Positions 23,903-34,800 of a stretch of DNA of 64,000 nucleotides are shown one piece after another; within the stretch, counting starts at the first letter, position 1, and every line of letters begins with the position of its first letter. The notes beneath the pieces are model-generated. The model saw only the letters and a list, made by a program, of their open reading frames with translations, made no database searches and was not told the origin of the DNA. The stretch is from IMG/VR virus record IMGVR_UViG_3300025732_000016; one strand, written 5' to 3'. Source of the DNA: a virus (lineage: Duplodnaviria; Caudoviricetes). A program made the position numbers and the translations under genes.

Positions 23903-26900
23903 TGGCTCTTTCTTTCTCTTTTCATGGAAGCGACTTCCTCTTTCTTACCAGAGATCACTGCGTCAAAGCCGTCCATGTTCACGTAGAGAACATTTCGCTT
24001 GATAGGAGGCGCGCCCCTTGGCGAAAAATCGTACAAGTATCCCTTTTGTTGTATGTTCACAGATTTTGTGGTTGGAATCGCAATTTCATAACACCTGTAC
24101 TTTTCTTGCTCAGGTGTAAGTGAAGCGAGGCCCTGCGGAGAGGTCGAGACAGGAGTGACGACCTCGATGTGTGAGTCTCCCACAAGGTTGAGCTTGAAAT
24201 ACTTCGAGAGGCTAGAAGCCGGTTGCCCGTCAGTGCTCATCCAGAACCTCAACCCGCTGATCGCTCTGTTGATGGTCTTCACTACTTCAATCTGCGTGTA
24301 CAAGTCATCTAGCGAGACCGTGCCCATGAGGCTTTCAATCGGTGTCGGTTTCGGAGTTGTCGCAGTTGAAGACGTCGCTGACCCGGAGACCGGGGCTGGG
24401 CCGCGGCCGAGGAGTTGGGCAAGTGAGGCCGCAACCTTAAACTCTCTCGCCGCAGAAGAGTATATGCCGAAGGCTCCAACGTTCAAGGTAAACTTTCCTG
24501 TGGTCGTGAACTCTCCCGGAGTGATCTTGTGTGAGAGGCCAGTGCAGACGTAAATGTTGTCTATCGAAGTGTTCGTGCCGAAGTCAATGTAGAAAGACTG
24601 CCCAAAGTTCAATATAGGACAGCCCACCATGTCTACGTTGACCTCGGTTCCGTTCACGAGCAGAGGAAGACCCCTTTCACGAGCAGAACTCTCAGCCTGA
24701 CCCGAAGTTTCGTTATTCCTCAACATGGACACGGTGTTCATTCTCGGATCGGAGATGCTGCTCACTGAGATGTTAGTGACTAGTCCTGCAGAGCTTCCGT
24801 AGCGTATGACTGGCAGTCCCCGCTGCATGAAGGACTTCAGCTTGCGAGGATCACCTGCCCTAAATAACGCGTTCAGATCTATTTTCCACTCACTCGTATC
24901 AGGAGCTGCAGATGTCGTCGCCACCGCGGTGAGAACTCCTTCGGATTGCATTTTTGTGAAGACATCTGTGCGTGTTTTGAGAATCACGGCACTACTCAAA
25001 TCGTTAGTCACGAAACCTCTTGTGAACAGAGGATGCTTGGGAGAGATACTTCCCATGTCTACGAATCTCGTCACATCAGATCTACCAGCCGTAATGGCTT
25101 CAGCATATTCTTGGTATGCGCTGCAGGACTCATCGCGGACGTAAACTCGAAGTATTGTCTCTTCCTTTCTTTGCCAGTGCGGCACACACTCGAACTGCAC
25201 AGAAAGCTGTGGTTTTTGAAATTGCGAGTCCAGGATTCCGGCATTCTTTAGAGCCTGATCTATTATACTGGGCTCACCCTGCTTCTGCTCTATGAGCTTG
25301 CCGTCTTTGTCATACGCTGTACTGAACCCGTATGCTGGGTGCGCGATGTCTCCGACGTGTTGGTCGGCGATTACCGATATTAACTGAGAAATTGAGACTC
25401 TAACATTTTCTTTATAGAGCTTTGTAACGCTGTCCTTTAGCTTGTTGTAGTCGAGTGGGAATGCAGCTGTTGACAGACTTCTCATGAAACCAGCTCTATC
25501 GTTGAACTTGTTGAAGATGAATTGAATCTCGTCAAATTTGCCAGAGGCTTGTAGTGGGTTGCCTGCCAGAGTGACTAGGGCGGCTCCAAGAGAAACTGCG
25601 CCGCCCTCGTACGCATCGGATGAAAGAGGCTTTAGTCCCGAGTATTCTAGCGCACCCTTGGCGGTTTTGTAATGCCATAGATTACCGGCGTCGTTGAGCA
25701 CCACGCCGCCGGCGCCGGTGCCTCCGCCGAAGTTCCTAGCGAGTTCTTCTTCACAGCTTGGAAAGGTCGCGGATGCACCTACGACCATGTTAGAGAACAT
25801 CTGATCCACCGCTCTGACAGCGGCGGTCTTTGCTTCCTCGTTCGCAGCAAGCGCAGCGTTCATTTTAGCAGCAATGCTAGAGAGGCTTGCTTCTGACGAA
25901 CGTGACTTCTGGAACTTTTTAACGTCAGCTGCAACTTCCTTTAGCTGTTTTTCATCTAGGGCGTAGACGGCGTCTTCGCTCGCGACAGCTCCGAGAAGAT
26001 TCTCAGGAATGACCGACTTCAGCTGTTCTGAAGTTCCCGTAAGCGTGCTATTAAGATCTTCTATTATCGCCCTGAGTCTCTCCTTCGCAGTGCTTGGAGT
26101 GGAAGCAGTAATATCGAGACTTCTGGCATCGGCAGCCCCCTTCATCGAAAGATCGAGCGAAATGTTGACCTGTCCGGTATCATCAAAATTGAAGGTCGAG
26201 TTCACAACGATGTACTTCTCAGTCACTCTTAGTGAGTCAACAAATTGTGCAAGAGTATCGTCTTTGAGCCTTGCACCGTAAATTGCATCTCCTACACTCA
26301 TCTCTTCGCCCCTCACGGCCGCCGCGGTGGCGTCGGCGGGGCTCGCCTTCCTTCCCGCAGAAGCATCTATCGACCACCCGTACTCTATCTCAATCTCTGT
26401 GCTGCCGTAGAGACCCGCCTTGACAAATGGTGCCACCTCTGCAAGACGACCCCTGTCATGAAGAACGATCTCAGCCTTCGCAGTCTTGAAAGACATGAAT
26501 CCTGCCGCGGCGCTGGCCACGTCAATAGACAGACTAGTGAGCGTCATCAGGGGTCTAAATCTATCGATGGGCTTGGATTTTGAGAACCCCGCGGTCCACA
26601 ACTCATCGGACACCATCGTTTGGGGGGCTGTGAAGAGCTCCATCCCACCCGGAGTTGGATAGATGCCTGTTTCATCCGCAACCGTCTCACCTTCAAATCC
26701 CAAGATTCCATCAGAGGGATTGGAAGAGTTCCACGGCACCTCACCCTTCAAGTAGCGAAGGAGATTCATGCTCTTTGCGGAGATCCGACCGTCTTCACCT
26801 TGAGCTGTTGTCGGCGCACCGTGAATTCTCAAAGAGACATAGGGCACAGCCCTTGAGATCACATGCGTAGGAATGAGGCTGGCAAAGATGCTCAAACCAG

Positions 26901-27492
26901 TTGTGTCCCTCACAGAAGTCCCAAGATTCGAGTTGAGAACCTCGATCACAGAGACATGCGTCGACGTCTTCGAGGGTGAAGGGTTACCGATAGGGACCCA
27001 AAACCCAGCCTGCGGGGTAGCTATGGATTCCAGAACAATTTCAGGAGCAAGCGCCAAATCCCCAGCACTGTTTATGATTTTAGCTTTAAAGCACTCAGGG
27101 AAACGTTGCGCCCCCAAGGCCACCGTGCCCTCAGCAGATGATGAGTAAAGCGAGTTTACATTCGTAGAGAGAGTAAAACGAATAAACTCAGCGATTCTTT
27201 GAGCGCTTTGATTTTTGCCTCCGTCCGCAGTTCCCTTGAGCGCCTCTTCAAGACGTTCCAATATTTCGGTAGTATAATAGCCTCCGTTGATAACGTCGAC
27301 TATCGGACCGAGCAGTCGTTGTAAAAATTCAGTCCTTTGATTATATTCGATGTCCGTTGAAGTGTTAGCCGCAATGAGATCTTGTCCCGTGAGAATCGCG
27401 GCTACAAAATCTTCTTTGCTTGTTGAGTTCAGATAGGGTTTCAACTTTGCAACTGCGTCGAGATAGACATCACGTCTTGTAGTGAAAGCCAT
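23899..27492 (-). CDS. Large baseplate hub-like protein
   Basis: Position after LysM/gp53-like gene; IEIEYGWS, MVGCPILNFGQSFYIDFGTNTSIDNIY...HKITPGEFTT pattern of hub proteins; 1197 aa. Confidence 0.6.
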   Translation of the reverse strand: MAFTTRRDVYLDAVAKLKPYLNSTSKEDFVAAILTGQDLIAANTSTDIEYNQRTEFLQRLLGPIVDVINGGYYTTEILERLEEALKGTADGGKNQSAQRIAEFIRFTLSTNVNSLYSSSAEGTVALGAQRFPECFKAKIINSAGDLALAPEIVLESIATPQAGFWVPIGNPSPSKTSTHVSVIEVLNSNLGTSVRDTTGLSIFASLIPTHVISRAVPYVSLRIHGAPTTAQGEDGRISAKSMNLLRYLKGEVPWNSSNPSDGILGFEGETVADETGIYPTPGGMELFTAPQTMVSDELWTAGFSKSKPIDRFRPLMTLTSLSIDVASAAAGFMSFKTAKAEIVLHDRGRLAEVAPFVKAGLYGSTEIEIEYGWSIDASAGRKASPADATAAAVRGEEMSVGDAIYGARLKDDTLAQFVDSLRVTEKYIVVNSTFNFDDTGQVNISLDLSMKGAADARSLDITASTPSTAKERLRAIIEDLNSTLTGTSEQLKSVIPENLLGAVASEDAVYALDEKQLKEVAADVKKFQKSRSSEASLSSIAAKMNAALAANEEAKTAAVRAVDQMFSNMVVGASATFPSCEEELARNFGGGTGAGGVVLNDAGNLWHYKTAKGALEYSGLKPLSSDAYEGGAVSLGAALVTLAGNPLQASGKFDEIQFIFNKFNDRAGFMRSLSTAAFPLDYNKLKDSVTKLYKENVRVSISQLISVIADQHVGDIAHPAYGFSTAYDKDGKLIEQKQGEPSIIDQALKNAGILDSQFQKPQLSVQFECVPHWQRKEETILRVYVRDESCSAYQEYAEAITAGRSDVTRFVDMGSISPKHPLFTRGFVTNDLSSAVILKTRTDVFTKMQSEGVLTAVATTSAAPDTSEWKIDLNALFRAGDPRKLKSFMQRGLPVIRYGSSAGLVTNISVSSISDPRMNTVSMLRNNETSGQAESSARERGLPLLVNGTEVNVDMVGCPILNFGQSFYIDFGTNTSIDNIYVCTGLSHKITPGEFTTTGKFTLNVGAFGIYSSAAREFKVAASLAQLLGRGPAPVSGSATSSTATTPKPTPIESLMGTVSLDDLYTQIEVVKTINRAISGLRFWMSTDGQPASSLSKYFKLNLVGDSHIEVVTPVSTSPQGLASLTPEQEKYRCYEIAIPTTKSVNIQQKGYLYDFSPRGAPPIKRNVLYVNMDGFDAVISGKKEEVASMKRERKSQ

Positions 27493-27776
27493 CAGATCAC
27501 CCTACTCACTTGCTCTAAATTTGGTACAAGCAGCCGAGTCCCAGGCGGCATTTGCAGACCCCAGCCTATGCCTGATGCGGCTGCGATGATCCACCAGAGA
27601 GTCGAGTCGCCATATTCCTCTCCAGCGATAGTGTCAATTCTCTCGCCTTCCTGCGTGACTCTCACGGACGCTGGGACGATGCCGAGGCGGACTGCGTCGT
27701 ACACCGCGCCAGGTGATCTGGCAGCGCCGCGAGCCTTGCCGAGGTTGTAAACAGTTGAGCTCGTGTATCTTCTCAT
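27492..27776 (-). CDS. LysM/tail-X/gp53-like baseplate wedge protein
   Basis: GERIDTIAGEEYGDSTLWWIIAAASGI...PGTRLLVP. Confidence 0.8.
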   Translation of the reverse strand: MRRYTSSTVYNLGKARGAARSPGAVYDAVRLGIVPASVRVTQEGERIDTIAGEEYGDSTLWWIIAAASGIGWGLQMPPGTRLLVPNLEQVSRVI

Positions 27777-30700
27777 TTAGTTTCAGCGACCTTGCGCAGT
27801 TGTTGTAGGCTGTAGTCTGCTTGGACCCTGTCTGGGAAATGCATTCTTCGTGTTAGGTCGCCGACAGGGTATGCGACTGCTCTTGCGGTTCCGTCCGCGG
27901 CGAGACCCATCGGAATGTCGTGAACCGGCGTGAACGAGACTGATACAGTGACCATGTTAGGAGCCCTGGATCCGGCATCTGTCGTCCAAGTTATGTCCGT
28001 TGAACCGTATTCCATTCCGAGCTGCGTGATAAATCCCGCGAGACCCCGGCCGCCTGAGCCTTGCTCGAACGATCTAACCACGGCGTTCGTAGTAGGATCG
28101 AGAAACTTTTGCACAAGAACTTGCGTGGCATCGTCAGGCGGTGAAGAAAGACCGAGCAAAGCAGCAAGACCCGGAGGGAGACCTGCAGACGGATCTACTG
28201 AGTCAGTGCTGATGGTGATTTGATCTTTCGTGCAAGAGATATACGCATACTCTTCTTGCAATATTCCTAATTTCAACGGCATGTCAAGCTGCACTATGAT
28301 GTTAGAGCCCGGAGTCTTAGTTTCGTTGCTTTCCGCCACTGAGTAAGCGACCACCTTACCTTCGATGATTCTTACAAGGCCTTTCTTGCCATTTTGTCGG
28401 AAGGCAGCATCAGTAGCAGACTTGTAGAGCGTGTATTTGTTCTCTTCGACTAGAACGCTGACTGGACTAACCAGCAGTGAAATAGTTCCAGCGAGTGTGT
28501 AGATGATGTTGTTGAGAACTCCTCCGTCTAGCGGAGTGTTGAGATCATTGGAGGCGACTATAACCGTGCTGCCCGCTTCAGCTGCGACGCCGGTCTTCGC
28601 AACATCGCTAACGCCCTTGAGGTCGCCTGATGTGCTCTTCTCAAAACTCGTGATGTCAGCATCAACTGCTGCGGTAGGAACTTCCAGCGACACATCCTGC
28701 AATTTTGAGTCAGCCTTGTCCAACCCAAAGATTCTGCTCAAAGCGAATCTTGAATAGTTGCTGTGGATCACATCTCCTATTCTCACCCGCAGCATCGGCG
28801 ACGCTGCAATCGTCTGGCTGAAGGGCTGCGTGAAAGTCTGGTTCTTACCACCCGAAAGTCCGCTGATTTGCTCACCCTCACTCCACTGCGGGTAGACCAT
28901 GTTGACTAGCTTATTCACAGAATACCACATGTTGTCGTGATCGTCCTTCGACGTGGCCACAACCGTGAAGGTGAAGCTAATGCTACGCGTCGTATTCTTA
29001 TACGTCTGGACGGGATCCATTCTCCCGAAGCCCTCTGTCGAGTTGTAGTTAGCGCTGAAGCTGTCGGATATGGATGACAGGAATGCATGGAATGAAAGAA
29101 TCTCGTTGGTGCGAAGGTCGTGAAAGTAAAAGGGCATGTACTCGCCGTCTAAGAGCTTTTCATGATACTCTCGTTCCTCAGCGCTAATCCTACCCACGCT
29201 ACTGAAGACCTTCCTCGCCTTCAGCTTTCGAAGAGCTCCCGTTCCAGTGACCTGGCTTCCCACATTGATCGGGTAATTCGCATAGGCTCTTAGAACCTGA
29301 TCGGTCACAAGCTCAGCTCTTGTGTAACCGATGGAAGAGTGTGCCCATGCCAATCGCTTGCTACCCTTAACTTCACGTGATCTAGAAACTCTTGCCTGAC
29401 CCGCTTTGTAAGCACTCGTTCTAAGAGTTGCGGGAGAGCTGGAATCTCCTCCCGCTATGTACATTAGATTTGTGCTTATAGGGTCATCAGGTTGGATAGC
29501 TGGGTCGATGTTCTTCGCATAAGAGTTTACGATCCCCAACCTTGCACAGGTATCAACAAATCTTGTCAGCTTCATTCCGCCGAGGCCCTGCAGGATTCCC
29601 AGTATGCTCGACTCAGTTTTTGGACCGAGCTTCTGTCCAATATAGTAGAAGTCCCTGGCGATCTCCCTTACTAGAATGAGATAGAAACTCGGCGCTGTTC
29701 CGAAATTTATCGCGATATTTGCAGCAGATGACAGGAGCGCTCCGCCAATGTTTCCGGCGGTGAAACTGTCAGTGTTGATGCCGATGATTGACAGGGCTCC
29801 CTCTAGGGCTGAGAAGAAGTACGCGATGAAGTCTGCAGCGACCGAGTCGAAAGGACTCTCGTAGGGTTGCATGAGACCCATCACTTTCGCTATGAGACTT
29901 CCTAAAACTCTAAGAACGTCGAGGATTCCGCTACCAGAGTCTGCGTCAAACAGGAACTTACCGAAGTCTGCTCCCCTCTCAGAACCTCGCGGAAGCTCTG
30001 AGATCTGTGCATCGGGACGTGGCAGCCTGTTGACGACTATTGAGATAATGAGAGAAAGTACAACTGTACCGATGAAGATCGCAGCATAGGCTAAAAGAGC
30101 GAGTGGTATTGTCGCAAGAGTCCCTCTGCCAGAGAATTGACTGAGGTAGTTGTTCAACTGACCGAATGACCTGTTGTTGTAAACAACCTCAGCGGCTAGA
30201 AATGAATCTTGCAATCCGCTTGTCCTGTCGATGTCCGTGTCATCTCCACCGAAATTGGGAGGATCAATGCTGACAGTGTCAGGGTTGTTGAGGTCAACGA
30301 GCCCTCCACCCGGAGCAATGTACTTCGCTCTATCTGCTCCCACTCTTAGCTTGTCGACATCCGCAATTTTCGCTTCCTTCTCTTCTATTGCACCAAATGG
30401 GAGAGCCAAGGAAGTGAATGCGAAACCGAGACGAGAAGTGTTTATCTTATCGCCCGTCTCCCCCCACGCAGCGTACTCCATCGCAGCGATGGCTTTCTTT
30501 CGCATCGCAGTGTACACGTCCTCATCGCCGTCAGTCGGAGTGTTGCCCGTCGGTGCCCTCGGCATCGCCTTCTTGTAACCGATGTTGGCGAACTTATTAT
30601 CAGAGTTGAAGCGATTGCTCATGAGAACGCTACTGACAGCGGGCTTGACAATGGGTTCTGAGTTTAGGACATCATTTCCATTCGGAGCATCGACAGTCGT

Positions 30701-31594
30701 TGATCGATCGGCAGATGGGACAACTTTGACAGTATTGCGAAGACCAGGCTCATACGAGCGACCGCGTGACAGAGCTTCATCGTCAGCAAACTTACCCTGC
30801 AGCTTGACGTCTGCTCCGATGGGTGAGCCCGGATAATTGCTGCCCGGATCTATTGGGTAGTTGTTCGCTCTTGTTGTGTTGCTCCGATACAGTCCGTCAG
30901 CCTGCGATTCATCAACAATCGGCTCAGGAACGACGTTGCTAGTGCGGTTAGAGAGATAATCGCCAAGTTTCGCAACAGTGTCGCTTGATCTTAGATTGAC
31001 GCCATTTCGACCGAGCACTCCAGGCGATCCGGTGTAGCCGTCTCCCAAGCCGCTGACAGTCTTCACTGAGTCGTAGGGTGAACCACTCTCTCCTGAGCGA
31101 CCGTACTCTGCTCCGTTCTCTGGTGAGTTATAGTTCTGCGAAAATACGCCGCTGTCAGCAGAGTTGTAGATTTCTGAGTTTGCCACTGACGTTTCATCAG
31201 CAACAGTCTCCAGAAGACGGTGACCACCTGTCGCACCCGCAGACATTCCTGTTCTTGCAGATGGCTCAAGACTCACGACTGAGGCTAGTGTAGGATTTCC
31301 AGCGTGCGCTGTGAGGTCAGCGGCAAAAGCTGGTTGCGTGGACTCTGAGGGGGAGTGATGGTCTGCTGACGCGTGAATCTCCGTCGGACCCGTGCTCGAA
31401 TCTATGTTAAATTCGTTGGGCCGCGGAGGCATGTAGGTGTAAGTGCCATCATGCCCGGGCTGGACGTATGTCTCTGCTCCGCCAAGAGTCCTCGAAGAGA
31501 GATAGTCGGCGAGAGTCTTTTTGGAAGTCGCCTTGATGTCCTTTGTGATCTCATCAACGATGTAATCGCTAGAATCGACTTTGCTAGACATCAC
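27773..31594 (-). CDS. Baseplate/tail-tube initiator-like protein with long N-terminal extension
   Basis: MPFYFHDLRT...FHAFLSSISDSFSANYN...GRMDPVQTYKNTTRSISFTF and C-terminal GFITQL...APNMVTVSVSFTPVHD tube-fold motifs; follows tape measure. Confidence 0.6.
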   Translation of the reverse strand: MMSSKVDSSDYIVDEITKDIKATSKKTLADYLSSRTLGGAETYVQPGHDGTYTYMPPRPNEFNIDSSTGPTEIHASADHHSPSESTQPAFAADLTAHAGNPTLASVVSLEPSARTGMSAGATGGHRLLETVADETSVANSEIYNSADSGVFSQNYNSPENGAEYGRSGESGSPYDSVKTVSGLGDGYTGSPGVLGRNGVNLRSSDTVAKLGDYLSNRTSNVVPEPIVDESQADGLYRSNTTRANNYPIDPGSNYPGSPIGADVKLQGKFADDEALSRGRSYEPGLRNTVKVVPSADRSTTVDAPNGNDVLNSEPIVKPAVSSVLMSNRFNSDNKFANIGYKKAMPRAPTGNTPTDGDEDVYTAMRKKAIAAMEYAAWGETGDKINTSRLGFAFTSLALPFGAIEEKEAKIADVDKLRVGADRAKYIAPGGGLVDLNNPDTVSIDPPNFGGDDTDIDRTSGLQDSFLAAEVVYNNRSFGQLNNYLSQFSGRGTLATIPLALLAYAAIFIGTVVLSLIISIVVNRLPRPDAQISELPRGSERGADFGKFLFDADSGSGILDVLRVLGSLIAKVMGLMQPYESPFDSVAADFIAYFFSALEGALSIIGINTDSFTAGNIGGALLSSAANIAINFGTAPSFYLILVREIARDFYYIGQKLGPKTESSILGILQGLGGMKLTRFVDTCARLGIVNSYAKNIDPAIQPDDPISTNLMYIAGGDSSSPATLRTSAYKAGQARVSRSREVKGSKRLAWAHSSIGYTRAELVTDQVLRAYANYPINVGSQVTGTGALRKLKARKVFSSVGRISAEEREYHEKLLDGEYMPFYFHDLRTNEILSFHAFLSSISDSFSANYNSTEGFGRMDPVQTYKNTTRSISFTFTVVATSKDDHDNMWYSVNKLVNMVYPQWSEGEQISGLSGGKNQTFTQPFSQTIAASPMLRVRIGDVIHSNYSRFALSRIFGLDKADSKLQDVSLEVPTAAVDADITSFEKSTSGDLKGVSDVAKTGVAAEAGSTVIVASNDLNTPLDGGVLNNIIYTLAGTISLLVSPVSVLVEENKYTLYKSATDAAFRQNGKKGLVRIIEGKVVAYSVAESNETKTPGSNIIVQLDMPLKLGILQEEYAYISCTKDQITISTDSVDPSAGLPPGLAALLGLSSPPDDATQVLVQKFLDPTTNAVVRSFEQGSGGRGLAGFITQLGMEYGSTDITWTTDAGSRAPNMVTVSVSFTPVHDIPMGLAADGTARAVAYPVGDLTRRMHFPDRVQADYSLQQLRKVAETK

Positions 31595-31818
31595 TTCCTC
31601 CCAGTGCGATCCTTGATCGCTGATTCTATCTGTTCCATAGTGATGTCAGATTCAGAGGCTTTCATTTGAAAGCTTGACAGTGCATACGAAGCGAGCTTGA
31701 TGAGTTCGTCGACAGCTCCATCAACCTCTTTACGCTCTTCAGGCTTTATCGAATCGTAGATGGCCTTGAAGAACTTATCATTCGCAAGCTCTTTGCGAAT
31801 CTTCTCGTCGTACTTCAT
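31591..31818 (-). CDS. Hypothetical protein (75 aa)
   Basis: ATGA-type overlaps with both neighbours. Confidence 0.7.
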   Translation of the reverse strand: MKYDEKIRKELANDKFFKAIYDSIKPEERKEVDGAVDELIKLASYALSSFQMKASESDITMEQIESAIKDRTGRK

Positions 31819-34800
31819 CTTCCGCTCCTCGACTTCTCTGCCTCTTCATATTGCTTCTTCGCGAATGTGCTGAGGTTGAAATTTCCTTCCTTAGTCAGCT
31901 TACCAGCGACCTTGAACACGTCCTTTGTAAACTCTTCAGCCTTGAAGGAGACGTGCATCTGCAGGTTGATGTTGATGGGCTTGTGATTAATGCTGATGCT
32001 CTCCTTGGAGATTTCCATGTTCTTCGCCAGTCTGTCGATTGTTGCATCAATTGGACCGATGTGAAGATCTTTTAGAATCTCGTCAAGCTCATTCATACTC
32101 ACAACAGCGTCTCTCACCTGCTCGACAATCTCAGCTTGTGCTGCTTTTGTGAAACTCCCAATAGCTTGCGATGCAGGCTTGATCTTGTCAAAGGTTGTAG
32201 TCATCTTTTCATACGCTTCTGGTACTCCAGCTAGTGCCGCTTGCACGTTGGAAGAGTCAATTGCAAATTGTTCTGCGCCTCCGCCGCGATTTATCCAGTT
32301 TGACATGTCTCTCATTCCCGATAGAACCCACATGCCAGCGTTCGATATTCTTGTGACTGCCTCTTCGATTGTTTCCTTCCTTGGGACGTCCTTCTTTGCG
32401 TTAGTTGTAACGTCCTTCAACTGCATGCCAGACACAAATTGGCTTAGATCTTTGAAAGTGTTCATGACGATGTAGATCTTCTTCGCTTGCTCTCTCATGC
32501 TCTTGAGATCCATCGTGAACTGCACGGCCATGAACTTGTTGGCGAGAACCTGGAGCTGTGGACCGATGGCTTCTGTGATTGTCGCGAAGTATCCCTTTAT
32601 GTTTGTCATCTGTCGCTTTATGACTTTAGCATCCTTACCGCTTCCGACAACTACGTCATATTGCGGTATTGCTCCAGAGAGTTCAGAGAGCGTTGATCCC
32701 ATCGTAGCGATTGCTTCCACGATCTTTCCGATCACTTCCACTCTCTTGGAGAGTTTTGCTAGCTCCTTGGGATCCTTCGGAAGCTTTTCTGCTGCGCCCC
32801 TCATCATGTCAATGACTCGAGGTATCTCACTGGTGATCGACTTGATCATTCCGTTCGGTCCAAAGATGACGCTCCTCATTGCGTTGAGAGCATCAATGAA
32901 AGCCCTCGCGACACTCGCAGCGGTGTCAGCCTTGCCTTTTTCTATTTTAGGGAGAGCGGACAGGATCCCAGTGAATGAAGAGATCAACTTCGTCGTCATA
33001 TCGACGGCCTTCGCGACCATCTCGAATCTCTTTTGAAGGCCCTCATCGACGGTAAGAGAATTTGCGGCCACTATGATTATCGCGAATGTGCTTGATGCTG
33101 ACTTGCTAATCGTTTGTATGAACGTTCCAAGTGAGTCTATCATCTTCTTAGTGTTCTCTGCCTTCGTAGCAGAGCTTGTGAACCAGCCGCCAGCACTGTC
33201 ATGCACTTTCATGAACATCTCAAGTGCAGGTGCCATGCCTGACATTAGGTTGGCAATGAGACCGACCACCTGATCGACACCGGTGGGAACATTCACGCCA
33301 GCTATTCCCTTCAATGAAGGGACAAGGTCTTTTTCGATGCTCTTGAGAAATCCTCCTATCGCCCTGAATCCAACCTGCATTGGTGAATCGACGAGACCGA
33401 ACAAACCTGCGATGTCATTGGCAATGAGGATTTCTCCCGCAGTTGTCAACAGCACCATCGAATCGATGATCTGTCTGAGAGTGGAAGAAACTCCTGCCAT
33501 GATTTCACCCGCAGACGAGATTTGTGCCCCGTCCATCTTGAACAGCGGAGTTAGTCCTTCTTGGAAGAACTTGCCTATGTTTTTCATAGCGCTAACGCCA
33601 GCCTCTGACAAGGTCCAAGCTCCGAGGAGAGCACCCACCGAAGCTAATCCGGCTAGCGTTGCGTAGCCGAACAGATTGATCACATCACCCAGGGCTGACG
33701 TGGCGCTCTTTGTGAAAGTTGCAACCTCATCGGGCTTGATCTTACTCTTCATCTCATTGATGGTAGTGAAGAGACCGACTTCAAAGAACGTCATGATCAT
33801 GTTGAGGGCAGCGACGCCAGTGCTTGCAAGAAGGGCAGCCCCCACCATCGCGACCACCGCCGCAGCTCCAGCTGCGGTGGTGTAACCGAACGCTATTATC
33901 ACGTCTCCAAGAGCGCTATTCAATGCATCAGTGAAGGCCGTGACCGCCGCAGGATCTATCTTTATCTGACTGGTGATAGAGCTGAGAGTTTCGAAAAAGA
34001 GTCCCAAGTACCCCATCGTAGCTATGCCGAATATAGCGAGTAGCGCTGCACCTGCTGCTGCAATGACTGCTGCAGCTCCCGCGAGTATGACAGCTCCAAA
34101 TGCGATTGCTAGCCAGCCGAGAGACTCGGCGACAGCCTTAGAGTAATCACTCACCGCAGTCGCATCGATTGGCATTTTAGAGACGGTGTCGTCCAGAGCT
34201 TGCATCAATTTGCCGATGCCCCAGAGAGTAGCTGGGCCGAAAAGCCCCAGCAGCCCGGCGGCGGCTGCGGCAAACACGACGGCGCCGCCTGCGATTATAG
34301 TAGCAGCAAATGCAATTGCCATTGAGCCCAGTGCTGCTGCTGTGGCTAAAGAGAAGTCGATTATTGACTTTGAATCGATCGGTCCGATTGAGCTCACGAT
34401 CTGATTCATGATCCCCATGAACTCGCCGAACGCGTAGAGAGAGGCGGCGATGAGACCAAGGCCAAGAAGAGCAGCACCCACCGCGACCCAACCGCCGAGA
34501 GTCATCAGCGCTGCGCCTGCGAGCGCTGCTGCCCCGAAGGCAATGGCAATTGCACCGATGCCGATGGCGGCAGCGGTAGAAAATGCGAGTATTGCGTTGC
34601 TGTCTATTGGACCGACCATCTGGACAGCTTGGTTGAGCGCATAAACGAATAGTCCGAGCGGAACGAGGAACAGGGTCGCAGCTAGCATTCCAGCCGAGGC
34701 TTTCAAGATAGCGCCAGGACTGATGAATTTTGCGGCAAAGGTTATCCCTACGATTGCGAGTATGCCAGCTGCCAGAGCTTCAAGACCTTCGATGAATACT

